A DNA stretch of 64,000 nt from assembly GCA_036679605.1 (NCBI GenBank), contig JAZDCZ010000419.1:202038-266037 (forward strand). The letters run 5' to 3'. Below, one piece after another: positions 59,801 through 64,000 of the stretch. The stretch is from Gemmatimonadota bacterium. Lineage in GTDB: Bacteria; Gemmatimonadota; Gemmatimonadetes; Gemmatimonadales; GWC2-71-9. Every line of letters begins with the position of its first letter. The first letter of the stretch is position 1. The translations under genes and the position numbers were made by a program. Below the pieces are notes generated by a model, which made no database searches, had not been told where the DNA came from, and was given only the letters and a program-made list of their open reading frames with translations.

Positions 59801-59967
59801 GCCTCCGGCGAAGCACTGGCCCATTGTGTCGTAACCGTGAGTTGGGGCAGCTCGGTATCGGGCAGCAGCTCGATCGGAATGTTGCGCCACGCGGCAACGC
59901 CCAACAGCGCAACTGTCAGGTAGGCCATTGTTACGGCGACCGGACGTCGTATGGAGAGTCGAATCAC
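56803..59967 (-). CDS. RND efflux permease (AcrB/SwrC-like)
   Basis: 1054 aa; RRPVAV, GLIVDNAIVVLENI, RVRPILMT. Confidence 0.95.
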   Translation of the reverse strand: MIRLSIRRPVAVTMAYLTVALLGVAAWRNIPIELLPDTELPQLTVTTQWASASPEALEAFVTAPIEAAVQQVRGVEKITSYSEEDPNAGSARSTIRIEFARDADMDFVRLELSERLAVLEEELPAGVRAPQVQPYTPREFRDQTKPFLSYTMTGPYTLEALREYVDDRMVPEVTQVEGVSGVEVYGGRDRVLAIDLDENKINALGLSSYVVRQRITELEFVAEAGVVEVGGTLRTVAIRERTESADEIRRTPLLTDRGRLVRVEDVATVHDTFEEARQYYRIDGQPAVSFEVFKEARVNTVRVADRVKEHLATLQNTRLPGVQLILDDDQSKDIKAQLQDLRLRALISAAVIFVVLLLFLRSLRSAAIVFATIAFSVLISLNLIYFGGLTLNVLTLMGLAMGFGLIVDNAIVVLENIYRKRQQGETEVAAAEAGARQVVLPILAATLTTLIVFIPFVYLQGELRVFYIPLAIVVGLSLLASLFVAFTFIPALASRALVFGKAKRPAGGTGTEEGGQAPIYVRFYAAILGFTMRLTSRRRWPVLPWATVAVAALIFGSTFFLFNKYVNRGVVWGRWGGNDTYIAIQIRLPRGAELDRTNELTEFFEEKLKTMPEPERFVTQAVAQYASIRVTFPDSLENTLVPVAIKEQLVAYSYLFGGAEVRVYGYGPSFYGGGGGAPNYSIKVLGYNYEKVREIAEDLGRQLKRFSRVRDVDVNSSGRWYQRDKATEFALFIDRQRLGLYALTAVDVIRQVQVAVSGQQTGAPIRVGGEEMRFDIKLAGHEDLDVRDLEDLLLQVPDGEGVRLGDVARIEERQVLNRIVREDQQYQRNVAYEFRGPQKLGDRVHSSVIAATQVPDGYKIEGKDEWRWSSAEQQQIWAVLSVSLFLVFMVTAALFESYRQPLCVLLTVPMALVGVFLIFFYTDASFTREAYIGVIMMGGIVVNNSILLIDHVNQLRRVDGLPLTEATIRGTLERVRPILMTSSTTIFGLLPLVMFSEFADANIWNALGYALIGGMASSTLFVLTVTPALYLIFELKSERRRVAAPATAELAPAT

Positions 59968-62900
59968 GCTTCGCCTCGTCGTTGACTCGAGTAGGGTACC
60001 GACGCCACCGTCGACGGAACAGACGGTGACTTGTCTATCGAGGATAACCCGAAGGTGTCCCTAAGTTTCCCGCGTGCCTCGTCCAGCAGATCGTAGGCCA
60101 CCGGAATAACTATGAGGGTCAAGGCCGTTGCACTCAGCAATCCACCGATCACAGCCACGGCTAGGGGCGCTCGCAAATCGGCGCCGCGCCCGATCCCCAT
60201 GGCCATCGGCAACAGTCCGAACACGGTTGTCACGGTCGTCATGATTATTGGTCTTAGACGAACCCTACCCGCCTCTAGAATAGCCTGCCGCAATTCGAGA
60301 CCCGACCTCCGCATCTGATTGATGAAATCGACCTTTACGATAGCATCGTTCACCACAATCCCTACCAAGATCACGAGTCCTATGAGGCTCATCGAATTGA
60401 GACCTTCGCCCGAGATCCACAACGCTACAGCCGCGCCTACAAGAGCGAGCGGTACGCTCAACAGTATCGTAAAGGGATGGACGAACGATTCGAACTGTGC
60501 CGCCAGGATCATGTATACGAGTATGAGAGCAAGCCCGAAAGCGAACGCCAGATCGCGGAAACTGCGGTCACGCTCTTCATTCTCCCCCCCGATATCAACT
60601 CGTACGTCGGCCGGCGGCGGAATCTGCACGAGTGTCGTACGGACGTCGGCTAGAGCTTCATCGAGATTCCCCGACGCTACGTCAGCAAACACAGTGACAG
60701 TACGATTCTGGTCGATCCGCCTGATCTCGGCGGGCCCGATCGCCTCTCGAGTCCTGACCAGTTGGCGCAGAGGAACTCCGCTCACATTGAGCAAATCGAG
60801 GGTCGCCAACGATCTCCTCTCACTCTCGGGCAACCGAATGATCACGGGAATTTTTTCGTCGAAATCGACGAAGTCATTCTCAGCTCTACTGCCACGCATA
60901 TAGTCCCCAACAGTCTCAGCTATCGTGCGTGGTTCGATGCCAAACGCGGCAGCCCGTTCCCGGTCAATCTCCACTATCACTTCCGGCTGACCTTTCTCAG
61001 CTCCTAGCCGTACGTTATTGAGTGACCGCAGTGGTTGCAGTTGCTTTTCAACCTCGCTGGCGTAACTCCAGACTTCTTCCAGGTCATCACCACGGATCTG
61101 CACTGACAGGTCAGCCTCCCCTCCACCCAACAACCGGCCGAGTGCCGTTGCCGTACCGGTCTCGATCGTTAGAACTCCGGGGGGTATCCCTGCTAGCAGT
61201 GGCCTCATTCTATCCAGGGCACGGTCAGTCGAAGCACCCTCACGCATTCGAACGTCCAAGATGGCCGTATGCAACCCACGCTCTTCGTCCTCCACACCTG
61301 CCACCGCCTGCTGTCGCCCAACTCTTGTAAAGACTGCGCTTACCGCCGAATCGCCGCGGAATACTCGGTCGAGCCGTGCCGCCATGGCAGCCGTTTCCTC
61401 GAGTGCAGTACCGCGTGGCAAGTTGAGACGAGCTTGGAAGGCTCCTTGATCTACATCGGGAAGCACTCCACGGTCCAAAGTCCAACCAAGGGCAATGCCG
61501 AGCACTAACATTAGTACCGCGAAACCTACGACTCTCCCACGGTGCTCCAACGCCCGACCCAGCAGATCGTGATACCACCTTGCAAACGATTCAAAGACAC
61601 GATCGAACAAATCGAGTAGCGGTCGAAAAAATGTGGCGACCGCGGAAGAAATCGCATGCCAGATGTAGCGTATCGTTCGCTTCAACATCGTCGATTTTCG
61701 CTCCGCCTCAAGACCCCAGCGCGCTGCCATCGTTGGGAGCAAGCTCAACGCGACTATGAGACTCGCAACAAGCGCAAAAGCGACCGCGAATGAAAGAGCG
61801 CCGAACAGTTGGCCGGCAACGCCCTGCACGTAGATGATCGGCCCAAACACGCTGATCGTCGTCAGCGTCGAAGCGGTAATGGCGCCCTGAACTTCCTCTG
61901 CACCACGGCTGGCAGCCTCGGTGCGTGATGCACCGAGTTCACCGTGCCGGAAAACGTTTTCCAATACTACAATTGAGTTGTCAACCAGCATTCCGACGCC
62001 AAGGGCCAGCCCACCCAGGCTCATGATGTTCAGTGAGACCCCTGCGACATCGAGCAACGCAAAACTCGCGATCACCGAGATCGGTATGGCAAGGGCAATG
62101 GCGACGGGATACCTCGCGTCTCGCAAGAACAGGAACAAGACCAGGAACGCAAGGAACCCACCGAAGACGAGCGCCTGCACCACATTGGAAATGGCATCGG
62201 TGATGAATCCCGCCTGACTCGTGGCGACGTCGACGTCTACCTCGGGATACTCCCGCCGGAGCTGCTCCAAGACATCTCCAACCCGTTCGGCCACACGTAC
62301 CGTATTAGCGCCCGACTCCTTGAAGAGCAGCAGGCCCACGGCCTCTGTACCGTTGTACTGAGCGATAGACTCTCTATCCTTGAACCCGTCTTCAACGGTG
62401 GCTACATCTCGGAGTAGAACCAGGCTGCCTGTTCCTGTCGTATCTTTGGGACTCCGCCCCAGAGGAACGGTGGCAATCTCATCAACACTCTGGAACTCGC
62501 CGAGAGTACGCAACGCATACCTGTACCGTCCTCGACGGATGGCGCCGCCCGGAGCACTTTGGTTGGCGGCATCCAGCACCTGCGTTATGTCGGCGATCGT
62601 GAAGCCAAAGCTCTCGAGCACCCGTACATCCACATCGACATGAATCTCTCTCTCCAATCCTCCGGCCAGCGCCGCTTCGGCGACTCCGTCGATCTGTTCC
62701 AGCCGCCGCTTGAAGACCGACTCCGCGAGATCCTTGAGCGCGGCGAGATCATTCCCCCCGGCAACACTCACCGTCATGATCGGTTCCGAGTTCGGATCCG
62801 TTCTGAGCACTACCGGTCGCGCGCTGCGTTCCGGCAAATTGTCACGAAGATTATCCAGTTGCTCGCGGACGTTGAGGACAGCGAAATCCATATCGGTGCC

Positions 62901-63191
62901 CCAGGCGAACCGCAGCGTCACGAGCGACACGCCCTCTCGTGAGACACTCTCCACGCGCTCTACACCCGGCACGCGCGCCACTTGTCGTTCGATCTGCTCC
63001 GTCACGAAGCGCTCGACCTCGGCGGGGCCTACCTCGGGATAGGTGGTGTAAACAACGAGCCTGGGATAGGCAACGTCCGGCAGCAGGTCGATCGGCAACC
63101 TGAAAAACGAGATCAACCCAAGCATCCCGATCGCGAGGAACAACATGGTTACGGCGACCGGACGCTTAATGCAGCTACGAGGAAAGGACAC
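59964..63191 (-). CDS. RND efflux permease (AcrB/SwrC-like)
   Basis: 1075 aa; KRPVAV, GMLVDNSIVVLENV, RLRPIIMT. Confidence 0.95.
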   Translation of the reverse strand: MSFPRSCIKRPVAVTMLFLAIGMLGLISFFRLPIDLLPDVAYPRLVVYTTYPEVGPAEVERFVTEQIERQVARVPGVERVESVSREGVSLVTLRFAWGTDMDFAVLNVREQLDNLRDNLPERSARPVVLRTDPNSEPIMTVSVAGGNDLAALKDLAESVFKRRLEQIDGVAEAALAGGLEREIHVDVDVRVLESFGFTIADITQVLDAANQSAPGGAIRRGRYRYALRTLGEFQSVDEIATVPLGRSPKDTTGTGSLVLLRDVATVEDGFKDRESIAQYNGTEAVGLLLFKESGANTVRVAERVGDVLEQLRREYPEVDVDVATSQAGFITDAISNVVQALVFGGFLAFLVLFLFLRDARYPVAIALAIPISVIASFALLDVAGVSLNIMSLGGLALGVGMLVDNSIVVLENVFRHGELGASRTEAASRGAEEVQGAITASTLTTISVFGPIIYVQGVAGQLFGALSFAVAFALVASLIVALSLLPTMAARWGLEAERKSTMLKRTIRYIWHAISSAVATFFRPLLDLFDRVFESFARWYHDLLGRALEHRGRVVGFAVLMLVLGIALGWTLDRGVLPDVDQGAFQARLNLPRGTALEETAAMAARLDRVFRGDSAVSAVFTRVGRQQAVAGVEDEERGLHTAILDVRMREGASTDRALDRMRPLLAGIPPGVLTIETGTATALGRLLGGGEADLSVQIRGDDLEEVWSYASEVEKQLQPLRSLNNVRLGAEKGQPEVIVEIDRERAAAFGIEPRTIAETVGDYMRGSRAENDFVDFDEKIPVIIRLPESERRSLATLDLLNVSGVPLRQLVRTREAIGPAEIRRIDQNRTVTVFADVASGNLDEALADVRTTLVQIPPPADVRVDIGGENEERDRSFRDLAFAFGLALILVYMILAAQFESFVHPFTILLSVPLALVGAAVALWISGEGLNSMSLIGLVILVGIVVNDAIVKVDFINQMRRSGLELRQAILEAGRVRLRPIIMTTVTTVFGLLPMAMGIGRGADLRAPLAVAVIGGLLSATALTLIVIPVAYDLLDEARGKLRDTFGLSSIDKSPSVPSTVASVPYSSQRRGEA

Positions 63192-63208
63192 GCTTCAGTC
63201 CACTCAGT

Positions 63209-64000
63209 TTACGGTCTGACGGACCGTTGCAGTAATTCCTCCAGCGCAGTCACGGCGTTCACCCAGTTCAGGCGCGTCGTTAGAGCATCGCGCTCGTCGC
63301 TGGCGGAGGTCGTAACGATCTGCTGAAGCTGAGTAAAGTCTATGGAGCCAAGCTGGTACTGCTGCTGCGCCATGCTGAGTCGCTGGCGTCCCAGTTCTGC
63401 TGAGCGGTCCGCCAGTTGCACCTGTCGATACGAGTTCTCTACATCTATGATGGCACTTCGCACCATGCGCTCTACCTGCAAGCGAAGAGCGCGCAGATCT
63501 TCATCAGCAGCTTGCTCGTTCGCGGATGCCTGCGCAATTGCCTGGGATGTCTGGAACCGCTGGAATATCGGAACGGAGACACTGAAGCCGAAGCTGAAGG
63601 CACGATCTCTCGGGTCCAATTCGAAAAGGCCACCGTAGCCGTTCTGCGAGAGCGATCGATTGAAGCTTGCGTTCGCACCGATGGTCGGCAATCTCTGACC
63701 GCGCGCAGCACCGGCGGCGTGGTCAGCTTGGCGGGCGCTTGCTATAGCTTGCCTGACCCCGGGGTTGTGCTGCAGCGCATAGGTCACCAATTCGTCGACA
63801 GCGAGTAGGCTGGGGTCGAACACCTCCGGCAGCTCGCCATCGGCCTCGAACGGCACTCCGCCCTCCAAACCAATCCCTTCCGCTAAGAGAAGGTGGTTCT
63901 TTCTTGCCGCTCCCCGGGCTGTTTCCAACGCGGCTTCCTGTCGCGATACACCCACCTGAGCCCCAAGCACATCCACCCGCGTCCGGCCGGCCACCCTGAA
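63209..64000 (-). CDS. TolC-family outer-membrane efflux protein (5'-truncated by the window edge)
   Basis: ALQHNP, RLPTI, SVSVPIFQ, QYQLG; adjacent to the RND permeases. Confidence 0.9.
   Translation of the reverse strand, partial: FRVAGRTRVDVLGAQVGVSRQEAALETARGAARKNHLLLAEGIGLEGGVPFEADGELPEVFDPSLLAVDELVTYALQHNPGVRQAIASARQADHAAGAARGQRLPTIGANASFNRSLSQNGYGGLFELDPRDRAFSFGFSVSVPIFQRFQTSQAIAQASANEQAADEDLRALRLQVERMVRSAIIDVENSYRQVQLADRSAELGRQRLSMAQQQYQLGSIDFTQLQQIVTTSASDERDALTTRLNWVNAVTALEELLQRSVRP

Noticed and set aside
1..64000. tRNA, rRNA, CRISPR array, IS/transposase or integrase
   Set aside because: No cloverleaf or T-loop context, no regularly spaced repeats and no DDE or tyrosine/serine recombinase motifs seen by eye

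Overview
Bacterial chromosomal window, probably Gemmatimonadota (inferred from gene content and several GxGPGEF beta-propeller lipoproteins; not verified). It carries housekeeping and metabolic genes: 4-hydroxybenzoyl-CoA-reductase-like hcrA/hcrB, leuS, serA, pncA/pncB, gyrA, an RND/TolC cluster and a BlaI/BlaR1-like pair. The main discovery is an integrase-free island of about 9.3 kb (18916-28209) bracketed by two in-frame copies of the last 27 codons of leuS (73/85 nt identical). The island encodes an ECF sigma factor, a zinc-finger anti-sigma fused to a helical region and a CxxC TlpA-like redoxin, a 72-aa secreted Cys-rich peptide with a beta-propeller lipoprotein, and a divergent lipoprotein set (subtilase with a C-terminal frameshift, Asp-box protein, serpin). 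The same 31-bp motif TGTAACCTTT-N13-CCCCTGTA lies upstream of all three island transcription units, including the sigma gene itself. This points to one autoregulated peptide/protease/redox module. I saw no tRNA, rRNA, CRISPR array, transposase or integrase. All family calls come from motif recognition by eye, with no database searches.
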